IMG/VR virus record: IMGVR_UViG_3300049846_001128
Location: 20,741-84,740 of that record
Reading direction: 5' to 3' (one strand)
DNA: 64,000 bases
DNA from: a virus
Made by a program: the position numbers and the translations under genes. Below are positions 1-10,047 of this stretch, one piece after another (position 1 is the first letter of the stretch; the number at the start of each line of letters is the position of its first letter). The notes under the pieces are model-generated. The model searched no databases. It had not been told where the DNA came from and saw nothing but the letters and a program-made list of their open reading frames with translations.

Positions 1-2
1 CA

Positions 3-344
3 AAATCTCGTCACATTGTTAAGCGTATTGCTGACTCTCTTCTTTGGGCTATGGATCAAGGATATGAGGACGCTACAGTTGAAGACGTTCTTCCAATGGT
101 TGAAAAGGAGTGGAGAGATGAGATGAGTAGGCTTATGGATGATTCTTCTGAGGATATTCTCGAGCAACTTATCGGGCAAAGAAACATTGAAAGACTTCGC
201 GCTAAGAGACTGGCTGGAATGAATCAAGCTCCTAAGACTGCTGCCGCTGTTAAATCTACAGCAGCTTCAATCCAAAAGCAAGAGCAAACTCCGGCTCAAA
301 AGATGAAACAGCGTGATTTTTTCCGCTCACTAGGCAAAAAATAA
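3..344 (+). CDS. Probable capsid scaffolding protein, C-terminal part (5' truncated by window)
   Basis: Frame is open from nt 3 (KSRHIVKRIADSLLWAM...); charged helical sequence with basic C-terminus, directly upstream of the major capsid gene. Confidence 0.6.
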   Translation, partial: KSRHIVKRIADSLLWAMDQGYEDATVEDVLPMVEKEWRDEMSRLMDDSSEDILEQLIGQRNIERLRAKRLAGMNQAPKTAAAVKSTAASIQKQEQTPAQKMKQRDFFRSLGKK

Positions 345-553
345 ATACTAGTAAGTATTTGAAATTAGGCTAATTATTAATTTTTATAGGTGCTAAGCTA
401 GGAAAATACTTGACTTAGCACCCTTATGTTATAGACGAGCATTTACTAACTTGTATGTCTCTGGAATATCGAAGGACTTCTAGACAAACTGCTAGCCAAA
501 GAATGTAAGGCTAAAAAAATAAACAAAACAAACAAAAACAAGGAAATCAATTT

Positions 554-1813
554 ATGTCACAACCAAATACCGTTACTACACTTGACGGTCACTTTAAAGA
601 AGTTTATGCTTCAAAAATCAAAGACCTAGTACCTGAAGGCATGAAAATGCTTAAGATGGCTGAATTCTCAGCTGCTGAAAAACTTCTTGGTAATCTTTAC
701 CACCAGCCAATCGTTCTTGGTTTAGAGCATGGCTTTACTTACGGCGGTTCAGCTGGGGATGCATTCCTTCTTAACGCTGCTATCGCTTCTCCAAACCGTG
801 ATGCTCAAGTTAAAGGTCACGAGCTAGTTCTAGTTTCTGCTATCTCAGTTGGTGCAGCTTCTCGTTCTATCTCTTCTAAAGGTGCTTTCGAGCAAGAAAC
901 TAAGCGTCTTGTTCAAAACATGCTTAAATCAACTCAAATCCGTATGGAAATTCAATTGATGTACGGTCAAGTTGGTATTGCTAAAGTTGAGTCAGTTTCT
1001 GGTAATATCATCGCTATCCACGCTCACGAGTGGGCTGCTGGTATCTGGTCTGGTTCTAAAAATGCTGCTCTAGAAATTCGCTCTTCTGCTGGTACTCTTC
1101 GCGGTTACTGTAACGTTGTTAAGCCAAATCTTACAGATAAGACTGTAGAAGTTGACCTAGTTCCAGTTGGTGTTTCTAGTGATTCTGATCCTGAGAACTC
1201 AGCTGCTGATATTATCTACTTCAAAGGTTCTTACAGCAAAGAATTCGCGGGTCTTCATAAGATGATTGAAAACACTGGCACAATCTTTAACGTAGATGCT
1301 TCTGAATTTGATCTTTTCAAAGGTAACACTTTAGAAATGGGAACAAACGCTCACTCTGGTCGTGCTGTTCTTACTTTCGCTAAAGTAGAAGAGTCTATCG
1401 CTGCTTCTATGGAAAAAGGTCTTACTGAAGAAGACGTAGTATGTCTAGTTAACCCTAAAGTTTGGTCTGCTCTTCTTGCTGAGCAAGCTGCTAAGCGTCA
1501 ATACGACAGCTCTTACAGCTCTGATAAAATGGAAAACGGTGCTAAGTCTCTAGTTTTCTACAGCCAGAATGGTAAGATTGAAATCCACGCTTCTTTATTC
1601 TGTAAAGAAGGTTATGCTTATGTATTCCCTCCAAGCGAGCTTGAGCGTATCGGTTCTTCTGACATTACTTTTGAAAGACCGGGCTTTCCGGGCAAATTCT
1701 TCAAAGAAATGGAATCTGCTAACGGATACGAACTTCGTTGTTACTCTGACCAAGCGTTGTTTTCTGCAGCAATTGGTAAATTGACAATGATCAAGTACAT
1801 TAAGCCATCTTAA
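554..1813 (+). CDS. Major capsid protein
   Basis: 419 aa, strongly biased codon usage, AAGGA RBS, follows scaffold-like gene and is followed by a terminator; N-term 'TLDGHFKEVY' resembles P22-coat-like capsid proteins. Confidence 0.8.
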   Translation: MSQPNTVTTLDGHFKEVYASKIKDLVPEGMKMLKMAEFSAAEKLLGNLYHQPIVLGLEHGFTYGGSAGDAFLLNAAIASPNRDAQVKGHELVLVSAISVGAASRSISSKGAFEQETKRLVQNMLKSTQIRMEIQLMYGQVGIAKVESVSGNIIAIHAHEWAAGIWSGSKNAALEIRSSAGTLRGYCNVVKPNLTDKTVEVDLVPVGVSSDSDPENSAADIIYFKGSYSKEFAGLHKMIENTGTIFNVDASEFDLFKGNTLEMGTNAHSGRAVLTFAKVEESIAASMEKGLTEEDVVCLVNPKVWSALLAEQAAKRQYDSSYSSDKMENGAKSLVFYSQNGKIEIHASLFCKEGYAYVFPPSELERIGSSDITFERPGFPGKFFKEMESANGYELRCYSDQALFSAAIGKLTMIKYIKPS

Positions 1814-1840
1814 TAGTATTTTCAGGTATTTATCCTACCA

Positions 1841-1867
1841 AGGGGAGCCATTCTGGCTCCCTTTTTT
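1841..1867 (+). terminator. Rho-independent terminator after capsid gene
   Basis: GGGGAGCCA-TTC-TGGCTCCC followed by T-run. Confidence 0.9.
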
Positions 1868-1891
1868 ATTTTAACTCTTTTGTTGAAATAA

Positions 1892-1905
1892 CAACCTTAT
1901 ATACT
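1892..1905 (+). promoter_or_regulatory. Candidate late promoter motif CAACCTTATA
   Basis: Same motif recurs just upstream of genes at 5823, 17132 and 23523; here it lies directly after a terminator. Confidence 0.55.
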
Positions 1906-1918
1906 AGGAGAGATTAAT

Positions 1919-2392
1919 ATGCCTAAAAATTTAACCGTCGGTAGTGAGGTTTTTGAATTCCCTCTAGAAGGAGAGAATGCGGGTTATGGCTCAGAGGTTA
2001 CAGATTGGGCTGAGGCAGTATCCGATGCTTTATCTACCGTTCAAAAACCAAATGATATTCTTCTAACAACAGCTTCAATTTCAAACAGTGCTACAAGCTT
2101 TACTAACATACCGGGATTTTCATTCTCGACTGCAGAAGTAAAAGCAATTCAGTGTAGATATTTTGTATCTAGAATTACAACAACTCCATCGGCTAATCTT
2201 ACAGAAGTAGGCTATATAGAAGGCTACTATGACGGAGCTAATTGGGGAATTTCTATTCGTACAACAGGTGACGCTAAAATATATTTACAAATTTTACCAT
2301 CAGGTCAAATGCAATATAAAGTTGATTCATTGCCGGGTGCAACTCACGTTGGACAGATAAAATTTGAAGCCAAAGTTATCAATAACACATAA
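1919..2392 (+). CDS. Virion structural protein (domain shared with C-terminus of 6410..7873)
   Basis: AGGAG RBS; ISNSATSFTNIPGFSF...GQMQY...GQIKFEA matches ITNNQASPASITGLAF...GQVQY...GAIKFRA. Confidence 0.6.
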   Translation: MPKNLTVGSEVFEFPLEGENAGYGSEVTDWAEAVSDALSTVQKPNDILLTTASISNSATSFTNIPGFSFSTAEVKAIQCRYFVSRITTTPSANLTEVGYIEGYYDGANWGISIRTTGDAKIYLQILPSGQMQYKVDSLPGATHVGQIKFEAKVINNT

Positions 2393-2403
2393 AGGATAGT
2401 GCC

Positions 2404-5397
2404 ATGTCATTAAAGAAAACTCGTTTTCGCAAGGGTGTAATTGTAGCTCCAGATACAGACGCTTTAGAGGGAATTGAAGGTGAAATTAAGGTAGATTCTG
2501 CTGATAAAAAAATAAAGACTACTTTAGACTCAGCTTCTAGAGAAATTGTTACTAACTCCCAAGCGCAAACTCTAACTAACAAGACATTAACATCTCCTGT
2601 TTTAAATGGAGACTTAACTGGCACAGCAATTGATACTGATACGTCCCTTTCTGCTAACTCTGACACTAAAGTTGCTTCTCAAAAAGCAGTTAAAGCTTAT
2701 ATTGACGCTGGCTTGGCTTCTCAAAACGATGCTTCTGAAATTGTAGTTGTCCCAGCTGGAACCATTGCTTCTACGAATGTGCAAGATGCGCTAGAGGAAC
2801 TTGATGGAGATATTCAAGCACACCTTTCAGATACTGTAGACGCGCACGACGCTTCTACTATTTCGATTGTTGACGCTGGCGGTAATTTCACAAGCACTGA
2901 AGTTGAAGGTGCTTTGGCTGAATCTATGGACGCAGCTCAAGCTGCTCAAGCAGATGCGACTCAGGCTATTGCCGACGCTGCTGCGGCTCAGTCTGACATT
3001 GACAATCACATTGCTGACATTTCTGACGCACATGACGCTTCTGCCATTTCAAATATCCCAGCAGGGAACTTAGCTGCTACTGACGTACAAGGAGCTTTAA
3101 ACGAGCTTCAAACTGACGTTGACGCAAGACAGCCAACAATAACTGGCGCGGCTACAACAATTACAAGTTCTGATTTAACAGCTTCAAGAGCAGTGGTTTC
3201 AGACGGCTCTGGTAAAATTGCAGCATCGTCTACCACCTCCACAGAAATTGGTTACGTTTCAGGTGTAACTTCAGCAATTCAAACACAATTAAACGCCAAA
3301 GTAAGTTCTTCTGGCGGAACTTTAACCAATGGATCTGTTGTAACTCCGACAAGGCTTGACGTAAAACAAGATACAAAAGCTAATTTACTCACTTACGCAG
3401 CGTCAGCAACAAACGGACAATTAGTTTTCGCAACTGATGAAAAGAAAATGTACCAAGTTGTGGACAACGCTCTTGTCTCTGTTGGCGGAGGTTCAGCCTC
3501 CTTGGAAACAATTTTCCAACTTTTAGCCGAGGAAGAAATTACAGACTGGGCTACTGGGGACAACGCTACGTTTCTTGGCGGAGGAACTCTCTCTGGTACG
3601 TTTGTAAAAAATACTACCAACCCGCTTCAGGGCGATGCCGATTATAAATACACTCAAGCTGCAGGTTCTTTAAACGACTACTTAGCTTCTCCGGCGCAGG
3701 ACGTTGATCCTCGCTTTCGTGGCAAAGAAGTTACTCTATTCTTCCCTTACACTTATGACGGAGCTAATGACGACATTGAAGTAATTTTCTACGATGTTAC
3801 AAACGCCGCTATAATTCCAAGCTCAGCTTACATTCAAGCTGCTGCAAGCGTTACAATGTTCAAAACTAATATTGTAATTCCTTCCACTTGTGCCAGCATT
3901 AGGGTGGGTTTCCAAGTTAAGGTATTAAACTCAACCAAGATATTTGTATTTGACTCGGTTCAACTAAGCTCAGACACTACAATCTACGCTGATATTGCTA
4001 ACATTTCAGATTGGGAAGCATACACTCCTACTTTAACAGGTTTTGGAACCGCTACGTCCGTAGAATTTGAATGGAGAAGAGTTGGAGATAGTATTGAAAT
4101 TAGAGGAAAGTGGACTTCTGGTACTTCAACCGCAACAGAAGCTAGGATTAGCTTACCTAATAGCTATACTTCCGCCAACACTATTAAAATACCTTCGTTA
4201 AAAATAGCAGGTTGGGGGGGACGCACTTCCACAAGTTCTACGTATTTTGGAAGTATTTCAACTTTAATTGAACCTAGTGTACAGTATTTAACGCTAGGGC
4301 ATGGCACTAGTTCAAACTCACCTTTAGGAAAACGCAATGGCTCAGACCTTATGAGTTCTGGACAGTCTGCCTCTATATTTGCCACAATTCCGGTAGCAGG
4401 ACTTATATCTTCTAACTCCAACATTCTAACAGCTCCTGAAACATTCTCTACCGACACAGCTCCGCTTACTTACGCAGGCTCTGGCTCATACACGCTTTCT
4501 ACTCTAGCTAATGCTCCAGTAGGTACGTACATTACATTTACGTATGCGATTAATACAAACACTAGAACGCAGACTACTACAGCGCCTACGCAAACTACTA
4601 GTGATATGAATACTAATGGTATTCTTTTGTATTCAAGACCATATAACGCTGCTAGTACAGCGGCTCAACCTACTGCGATTGCTATTCAGATTGGTAAGGG
4701 GTTAAAGGGCGTAAGTCTTAATCTATATAAAAGTACGGGAAAGACAACAAGTGGTACAATTGATTCTTTAGAATTGTCAACTGGTACTATCGCTTATGGT
4801 TTAGATTATAAAGATTACAATGAAAGTACGGGTATTTTAATTTTAGATGCTGGTGTAAACTCGACTGCAGTAACAAATAAAACCTTTAGATACTCCGATG
4901 TTACAACCCAAACCTCTGGCTATCTCGTAATCAACGCAAGCAAAAACCCCGCTTTAACTGGCTTGAATATTAATGCGGTAGGTGCTAGATATACAAGCAC
5001 TTCAGGTCAAGCTATTGGAAATTCTGCTACGCTAATTACGTATGAGACTAAAGTAGCAGATACTCACGGAGCTTATAATTCTGGGGTCTACACAGTTCCA
5101 GAGACTGGTTGGTATCAGATTAATGCAAGCTATCAGACAGGTACTTCGGTCACAATAAGCACCACGGCTTCTACCTTTATATGGATGTATATAGACGGTG
5201 CGAACTACAAGACTAGTTTCGTAAGGGGCAACGGCGCATCTACAACTTACGGTGTCCACATTAGTGAGAGTGTATATCTTAGGAAAAATCAAACAGTGTC
5301 TATTTACGGGTCTAGTAGCGTCGCCACTACCGCCTCCACAGGTATTTCAGCTAACGCTTTTTCAATTGTTAAGACATCTACAGGAACAGGTAACTAA
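2404..5397 (+). CDS. Tail fibre / long virion fibre protein
   Basis: 997 aa; 'QTLTNKTLTSP', 'NVQDALEEL', 'DAHDASAIS' fibre motifs; C-terminal C1q-like segment (GVYTVPETGWYQI). Confidence 0.75.
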   Translation: MSLKKTRFRKGVIVAPDTDALEGIEGEIKVDSADKKIKTTLDSASREIVTNSQAQTLTNKTLTSPVLNGDLTGTAIDTDTSLSANSDTKVASQKAVKAYIDAGLASQNDASEIVVVPAGTIASTNVQDALEELDGDIQAHLSDTVDAHDASTISIVDAGGNFTSTEVEGALAESMDAAQAAQADATQAIADAAAAQSDIDNHIADISDAHDASAISNIPAGNLAATDVQGALNELQTDVDARQPTITGAATTITSSDLTASRAVVSDGSGKIAASSTTSTEIGYVSGVTSAIQTQLNAKVSSSGGTLTNGSVVTPTRLDVKQDTKANLLTYAASATNGQLVFATDEKKMYQVVDNALVSVGGGSASLETIFQLLAEEEITDWATGDNATFLGGGTLSGTFVKNTTNPLQGDADYKYTQAAGSLNDYLASPAQDVDPRFRGKEVTLFFPYTYDGANDDIEVIFYDVTNAAIIPSSAYIQAAASVTMFKTNIVIPSTCASIRVGFQVKVLNSTKIFVFDSVQLSSDTTIYADIANISDWEAYTPTLTGFGTATSVEFEWRRVGDSIEIRGKWTSGTSTATEARISLPNSYTSANTIKIPSLKIAGWGGRTSTSSTYFGSISTLIEPSVQYLTLGHGTSSNSPLGKRNGSDLMSSGQSASIFATIPVAGLISSNSNILTAPETFSTDTAPLTYAGSGSYTLSTLANAPVGTYITFTYAINTNTRTQTTTAPTQTTSDMNTNGILLYSRPYNAASTAAQPTAIAIQIGKGLKGVSLNLYKSTGKTTSGTIDSLELSTGTIAYGLDYKDYNESTGILILDAGVNSTAVTNKTFRYSDVTTQTSGYLVINASKNPALTGLNINAVGARYTSTSGQAIGNSATLITYETKVADTHGAYNSGVYTVPETGWYQINASYQTGTSVTISTTASTFIWMYIDGANYKTSFVRGNGASTTYGVHISESVYLRKNQTVSIYGSSSVATTASTGISANAFSIVKTSTGTGN

Positions 5398-5399
5398 TT

Positions 5400-5807
5400 A
5401 TGATTAAAATATCCATCATCAAAAACGCACAAGTTACTAACCAAGCCTCTTTCCCAACCATGGAAGAGGCTCAAGCTTGGCTTGATAAGCACGAAGGAAT
5501 GGGAACGTTTGGTCAGAAAGCTCAAACTATTATGCAACAAGTTGAGATTTTTCCAGCTGTTGTGGATGAGTCGGGAAAAGAAATAAGTCCTGCTCAGTTT
5601 GAGACTCAATCTTTTGATATTCCAGGTTATGTTGTTGAAATTACTGATATAAGTGCTCAATTAAGTCAAGAAGCTATAAATAAAGAAGCTTTAGAGTATT
5701 TAGCAAATACAGACTGGATGGTAACTAGAAGCATGGAAACTGGCGTTGAAGTTCCTGCTGAAATTAAGGCAGAAAGGGCTGCGGCAAGGGCTAGAATTAT
5801 TCGCTAA
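5400..5807 (+). CDS. Tail fibre assembly chaperone-like protein
   Basis: C-term 'YLANTDWMVTRSMETGVEVPAEIKAERAAAR' is typical of phage fibre chaperones; follows the fibre gene. Confidence 0.6.
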   Translation: MIKISIIKNAQVTNQASFPTMEEAQAWLDKHEGMGTFGQKAQTIMQQVEIFPAVVDESGKEISPAQFETQSFDIPGYVVEITDISAQLSQEAINKEALEYLANTDWMVTRSMETGVEVPAEIKAERAAARARIIR

Positions 5808-5822
5808 TAATTACTTTCCCGG

Positions 5823-5836
5823 CAACCTTATAGTGT
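5823..5836 (+). promoter_or_regulatory. Candidate late promoter motif CAACCTTATAGTGT
   Basis: GCAACCTTATAGTGTA is identical to the copy at 23522; abuts the ATG of 5837 with no SD. Confidence 0.55.
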
Positions 5837-6103
5837 ATGAAAGCTTGGCTTCAAAAACTAATAAATGCAGCGCATGAAAAAGGACTACCACTACCAATGA
5901 TAAGAAATCATGGAGTTGGCTCAGTATCTTTAACCTTGCTATGGATTTCCAGTGTTTTTATTATACTAGCCTTGCTTCAAATCGGTAAGATTAGCTTTTG
6001 GGAAAGTTTAGCGTGGCATGTTACTTCGGCGGTACTTTATTATAACAGAAGTGCCAAGATTTCAAAAGATGGCATAGAACTTTCTGGAGAAACTAAAGAA
6101 TGA
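5837..6103 (+). CDS. Small membrane protein, possible holin
   Basis: 88 aa with one or two hydrophobic segments and a charged C-terminus. Confidence 0.45.
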   Translation: MKAWLQKLINAAHEKGLPLPMIRNHGVGSVSLTLLWISSVFIILALLQIGKISFWESLAWHVTSAVLYYNRSAKISKDGIELSGETKE

Positions 6104-6399
6104 GTATTTATAAAAAAGTAGGGTTTGGAGATAATGGTTCTAGTGGAGGCTCATCAACACCGTTCTCTTTTAACTTCTCTTCAACAGAATGGACTATTGA
6201 CGGTAGCTTGGCATATATAACAGTTGCACAAGCTACTCATTTAAAGGGTTTTTTTCCAACTGTTGAAGTGTATGAAATAGTTTCGTTTAACTTAGAAAAA
6301 ATAAACACAGAGGTTATTTTGAACGCCTCTGGAGATGTAACAATACAAGTATCATTCATACCAGACTTAAGATTTTCTGGTAAATTAATAATTTCATAG
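6100..6399 (+). CDS. Small virion-associated protein
   Basis: ORF within structural cluster; beta-rich 'H..G.FPTVEVYE' motif. Confidence 0.5.
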   Translation: MSIYKKVGFGDNGSSGGSSTPFSFNFSSTEWTIDGSLAYITVAQATHLKGFFPTVEVYEIVSFNLEKINTEVILNASGDVTIQVSFIPDLRFSGKLIIS

Positions 6400-6409
6400 G
6401 GAGAGAGAT

Positions 6410-7873
6410 ATGGCTGACCAAAAGTTTAAGAGTAAAGTTCGTTTACAAGGTGGGGTTGCTCTACCTACAGAAAGTATTAACCGCGCACTTTCAATTGATG
6501 CAAACGGCGAATTAAAATCAAGCGTTACCACAGATGCTGAATTAGCGCACTTATCGGGAGTTACTTCAAACGTTCAATCTCAAATTACAGACGCTCAAGC
6601 CGATGCTACACAAGCACTTGCTGACGCTGCTGCGGCTCAAGCAGACGCTACTCAAGCTCTTGCCGATGCAGCTGCTGCACAAGCTACTGCTGATGCTGCT
6701 ATTCCAAGCTCTGAAAAAGGTGTAGCTCTTGGAGTTGCTACTTTAGATGGCTCTGGTAAAGTTCCCGTGTCTCAACTTCCTTCTGCAATCATGACTTATG
6801 AAGGCGTATGGAATGCTTCTACTAACTCGCCAAGCTTAGCTGACGGTTCAGGCGACGCTGGTATGGTTTACCGTGTAGGTACTGCTGGCTCTCAAAACCT
6901 TGGCTCTGGTTCCATTTCATTTGAAGTTGGTGACTATGTAATCTATAACGGTTCTATCTGGGAAAAATCAGACACTACTGATGCAGTTGCTTCTGTATTT
7001 GGTCGTACTGGTATCGTTTCAGCTCAGTCTGGCGACTACTCAGCTTCTCAGATTACAAATACTCCGGCTGGTTCTATTGCAGCAACAGACGTTCAAGCTG
7101 CTATTAACGAGTTAGATGGTGATGTTCAAGCCGCTCAAGCTGACGCTACGCAAGCCTTGGCTGATGCCGCTGCAGCTCAAGCTGATATTGATGCTCACAT
7201 TGCACAAGCTACAGGTGCTCACGCCGCTACAGCAATTTCTATAGCTGATGTTTCTTCTCAGTTTACTTCTGCAAACGTAGAAGGTGCTTTAGATGAGGCT
7301 ATGGATGCAGCTCAAGCTGCCCAAGCAGACGCAACTCAGGCATTAGCAGATGCCGCAGCAGCTCAGGCAGATGTTGACGCTCTTGAACCAGATGTTGCTG
7401 ATTTAATCACTCTTTCTGGTGTTGCAGCTAACTCCTCTGACTTAGGAACATTTACTGGTACAATCATTCCAGATGCTTCTACTATCAAAGCTGCGTTACA
7501 AGCACTTGAGACTGAAGTTGAAGCTATGGTTGATGGCTCAGCTGGTGATATTGCTGAGACAAGTTTTTCAATTACTAACAACCAAGCTTCACCTGCAAGC
7601 ATTACAGGATTAGCTTTCTCTAACTCTGCAGTTAGAAGTTTTAAAGTCTTACTAAGTGTTGAAATTGATGCAACTCTTGATTTATTTGAGAGTTTTGAAC
7701 TTATTGGTATTAACAAAGCAGGTTCGTTTGAGATGGCTCAAAGCGCAGTTGGCGATGAGTCTGGAATTGTTCTAAGCATTACTGCTGCTGGACAAGTTCA
7801 ATACACAAGCGCAAACTACTCTGGTTTTGTGTCAGGCGCAATTAAGTTCAGAGCTATTACAACTAGTATTTAA
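6410..7873 (+). CDS. Fibre protein with Ala/Gln coiled-coil repeats
   Basis: Repeated AQADATQALADAAA; 'GVATLDGSGKVPVSQLP' and 'VASVFGRTG' fibre motifs. Confidence 0.75.
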   Translation: MADQKFKSKVRLQGGVALPTESINRALSIDANGELKSSVTTDAELAHLSGVTSNVQSQITDAQADATQALADAAAAQADATQALADAAAAQATADAAIPSSEKGVALGVATLDGSGKVPVSQLPSAIMTYEGVWNASTNSPSLADGSGDAGMVYRVGTAGSQNLGSGSISFEVGDYVIYNGSIWEKSDTTDAVASVFGRTGIVSAQSGDYSASQITNTPAGSIAATDVQAAINELDGDVQAAQADATQALADAAAAQADIDAHIAQATGAHAATAISIADVSSQFTSANVEGALDEAMDAAQAAQADATQALADAAAAQADVDALEPDVADLITLSGVAANSSDLGTFTGTIIPDASTIKAALQALETEVEAMVDGSAGDIAETSFSITNNQASPASITGLAFSNSAVRSFKVLLSVEIDATLDLFESFELIGINKAGSFEMAQSAVGDESGIVLSITAAGQVQYTSANYSGFVSGAIKFRAITTSI

Positions 7874-7888
7874 TTAAAAAATAAAGGG

Positions 7889-7916
7889 GAGGGGAAGTGA
7901 AAACTTCCCTTCTTTT
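7889..7916 (+). terminator. Probable Rho-independent terminator
   Basis: GAGGGGAAGT-GAAA-ACTTCCCTTC-TTTT. Confidence 0.75.
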
Positions 7917-7921
7917 CAAAC

Positions 7922-8236
7922 ATGAGTAAGCAAGTTTATAAAGTTGAACAAACTTATACAGCAAAAGCTACTAGTTTTAACACTGATGTTGTTAATATGG
8001 AAGGTTATTTTAACCTATCATGTCAGGTAAATCTAAACAATCCTTCAGGCTTTACAGGCTCTACGACAATTCAAGTTTCTAATGATTTGACAAATTGGAT
8101 TGACATGCCAGATTCTGAAGAAGATATTACTGACTGCGTGTTTTACGATATACAGTCTGCCGCAGCTTTTGTAAGAGTTAAGGTTGTTATATTAACTGGT
8201 AGTGCTGATTTTAATGTAGACTGGGTTCTATTATGA
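7922..8236 (+). CDS. Small beta-sandwich virion protein
   Basis: 'IQVSNDLTNWID...FVRV' motif common in phage structural proteins. Confidence 0.55.
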   Translation: MSKQVYKVEQTYTAKATSFNTDVVNMEGYFNLSCQVNLNNPSGFTGSTTIQVSNDLTNWIDMPDSEEDITDCVFYDIQSAAAFVRVKVVILTGSADFNVDWVLL

Positions 8237-9159
8237 TAAAAAAGCCTACTCCTTACGTAAACAATCCGGGGACAACCTCAGATCATGTTTTGCGTGATGT
8301 GTCTGATTTATATGGAAAAAGCCTTAGAGTTTCTGATGCCTCTTCTGTAGTTGATAAATACTACAGTCATTTCAGAGTTACTTATAGTGGCTTAAATCCA
8401 ACAAGAGTCAAGTACTATCATGGAGTGGAGGCTAGAAGAACTACGTTTACGTTAGGAATGGCTGATAGCCTAGATGGAAAGTATTTTAAAATATACACAG
8501 CCCCTGATAATCACTTACACACTGTGTGGTTTAACCTAGATGGAGCTAGTGCTCAACCTAGCGTACCAAACACACACGCTTATATTGAAATACCAGTTCA
8601 AACAGGAGATGATGCTGCTTTAGTTTGCATGGCTATAAAAATGACCTTGGATGGTCTTTATTCAAACTATTTCTATGCTTTTCCTAATGAATCTTATACT
8701 AAGATAGAGATTATTACCAGTCAAATGGGTGAGTGTTCCGCATCAGACTCAGGTACTACTGGTTTTCCAATGACTCAGATTGACGGAAAGCAGGATTTAG
8801 TTCAAGACATTGAGATTGAATACCAAGGTAATGACCCTTATTATAACGGAGAGTTACTTAAAGGCTATCAGTTTGATATTTATAGCGGTAAGTTTGTAAA
8901 GAATCCTATAATAAACATAGGACCAATTTCTACTGTAACAGTTACTCCTTCTGTCGATAATAATGTAGTGGGTCTAGATACTGTTTCTAAAAATAAATTA
9001 TTTAGCAAACCTTTAACTGGATTAGAGGTTTTATCAAAAGATGATGACGGAAACCCTTTAGAGGTTCAGTCATTGTATAACGGAACTCCGGTACAGCTTT
9101 TAACAATAACCTACGATACTGATGGTGACTTACTCTCAGCAATCGTAACGGACGTATAA
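8233..9159 (+). CDS. Virion protein sharing a module with the nozzle protein
   Basis: 'KYFKIYTAPD...VWFNLDG' resembles 'DYFTFDTPS...LWFDKTG' in 18712..22764. Confidence 0.55.
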   Translation: MIKKPTPYVNNPGTTSDHVLRDVSDLYGKSLRVSDASSVVDKYYSHFRVTYSGLNPTRVKYYHGVEARRTTFTLGMADSLDGKYFKIYTAPDNHLHTVWFNLDGASAQPSVPNTHAYIEIPVQTGDDAALVCMAIKMTLDGLYSNYFYAFPNESYTKIEIITSQMGECSASDSGTTGFPMTQIDGKQDLVQDIEIEYQGNDPYYNGELLKGYQFDIYSGKFVKNPIINIGPISTVTVTPSVDNNVVGLDTVSKNKLFSKPLTGLEVLSKDDDGNPLEVQSLYNGTPVQLLTITYDTDGDLLSAIVTDV

Positions 9160-9160
9160 A

Positions 9161-9370
9161 ATGGCAAAACCCGTTAAACCTAAGAAAAGAATTGTCATAA
9201 ATCCTATTGAAAGCACTTTAGATATTGTTACAGACAACAATTTCTCATACGAGAGTGTTCCAACTGGGAAAAGACTTCAAATTCCTGCTAACATGCAAAT
9301 GATTGTTGTTGAGGAGTTTGACGTAGAGGGTGAACTTATCCTCGACGGTTCTTTGATCGTGGAGGAATAA
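9161..9370 (+). CDS. Small virion protein
   Basis: 69-aa ORF tightly packed in operon. Confidence 0.5.
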   Translation: MAKPVKPKKRIVINPIESTLDIVTDNNFSYESVPTGKRLQIPANMQMIVVEEFDVEGELILDGSLIVEE

Positions 9371-10036
9371 ATGTCTACAATACGGTTAAGAAAAACTCCA
9401 CAGCCATCAGCTCCTTCAGTAGATAAGTCCAGACTTTACGTTGATCAAGCGGATAATCACTTAAAGCGCATATTAGATAACGGTACTATTGTAGATTATG
9501 ACAGTCCTGTTAGTGATGAGCAAATTCAAGATGCAATTGGTGCAATAGTAACGGATACCTCAACTATTGATCTTACTTATGATGACGGATTAAATGAATT
9601 AAAAGCAGATATAGTTCAAGAATCTATAAATGATTTCCATATTTATCAAATAAGTCCTACTAAAATAGGGAATGACAAATTTTCATATTTTGATGCTACG
9701 CTTAACACAGCTAATAATTCACTGGCTACTGCTTTTATTTTAGACTGCTCTACGGATGGTACTATGTTTATAGAAGTAGCAACTACTTGCTTTAGAACAG
9801 GTGGAATTAGTGGTAATCCGGGTGATGGAGCTTCTTTTAAAAGATCAATGAGAATTAAATCTATAGCAGGTACAGTTACAATTCATGACTTACAATCTGA
9901 CTACACTTCTAGAGATAATGTTAACATAAAAGTAGAATACATTATAGTAGGTACTGATTTATATTTCAGAGTTGGCGGATTAAACAATAATAATTTCAGA
10001 TGGAATTTAAACATTTCCATAAATAAGAATAGCTAA
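9371..10036 (+). CDS. Fibre-associated protein
   Basis: 'EQIQDAIGA..DTSTIDLTYDD' repeat and C-terminal domain shared with 10048..12135. Confidence 0.6.
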   Translation: MSTIRLRKTPQPSAPSVDKSRLYVDQADNHLKRILDNGTIVDYDSPVSDEQIQDAIGAIVTDTSTIDLTYDDGLNELKADIVQESINDFHIYQISPTKIGNDKFSYFDATLNTANNSLATAFILDCSTDGTMFIEVATTCFRTGGISGNPGDGASFKRSMRIKSIAGTVTIHDLQSDYTSRDNVNIKVEYIIVGTDLYFRVGGLNNNNFRWNLNISINKNS

Positions 10037-10047
10037 AGGAGGATTTC

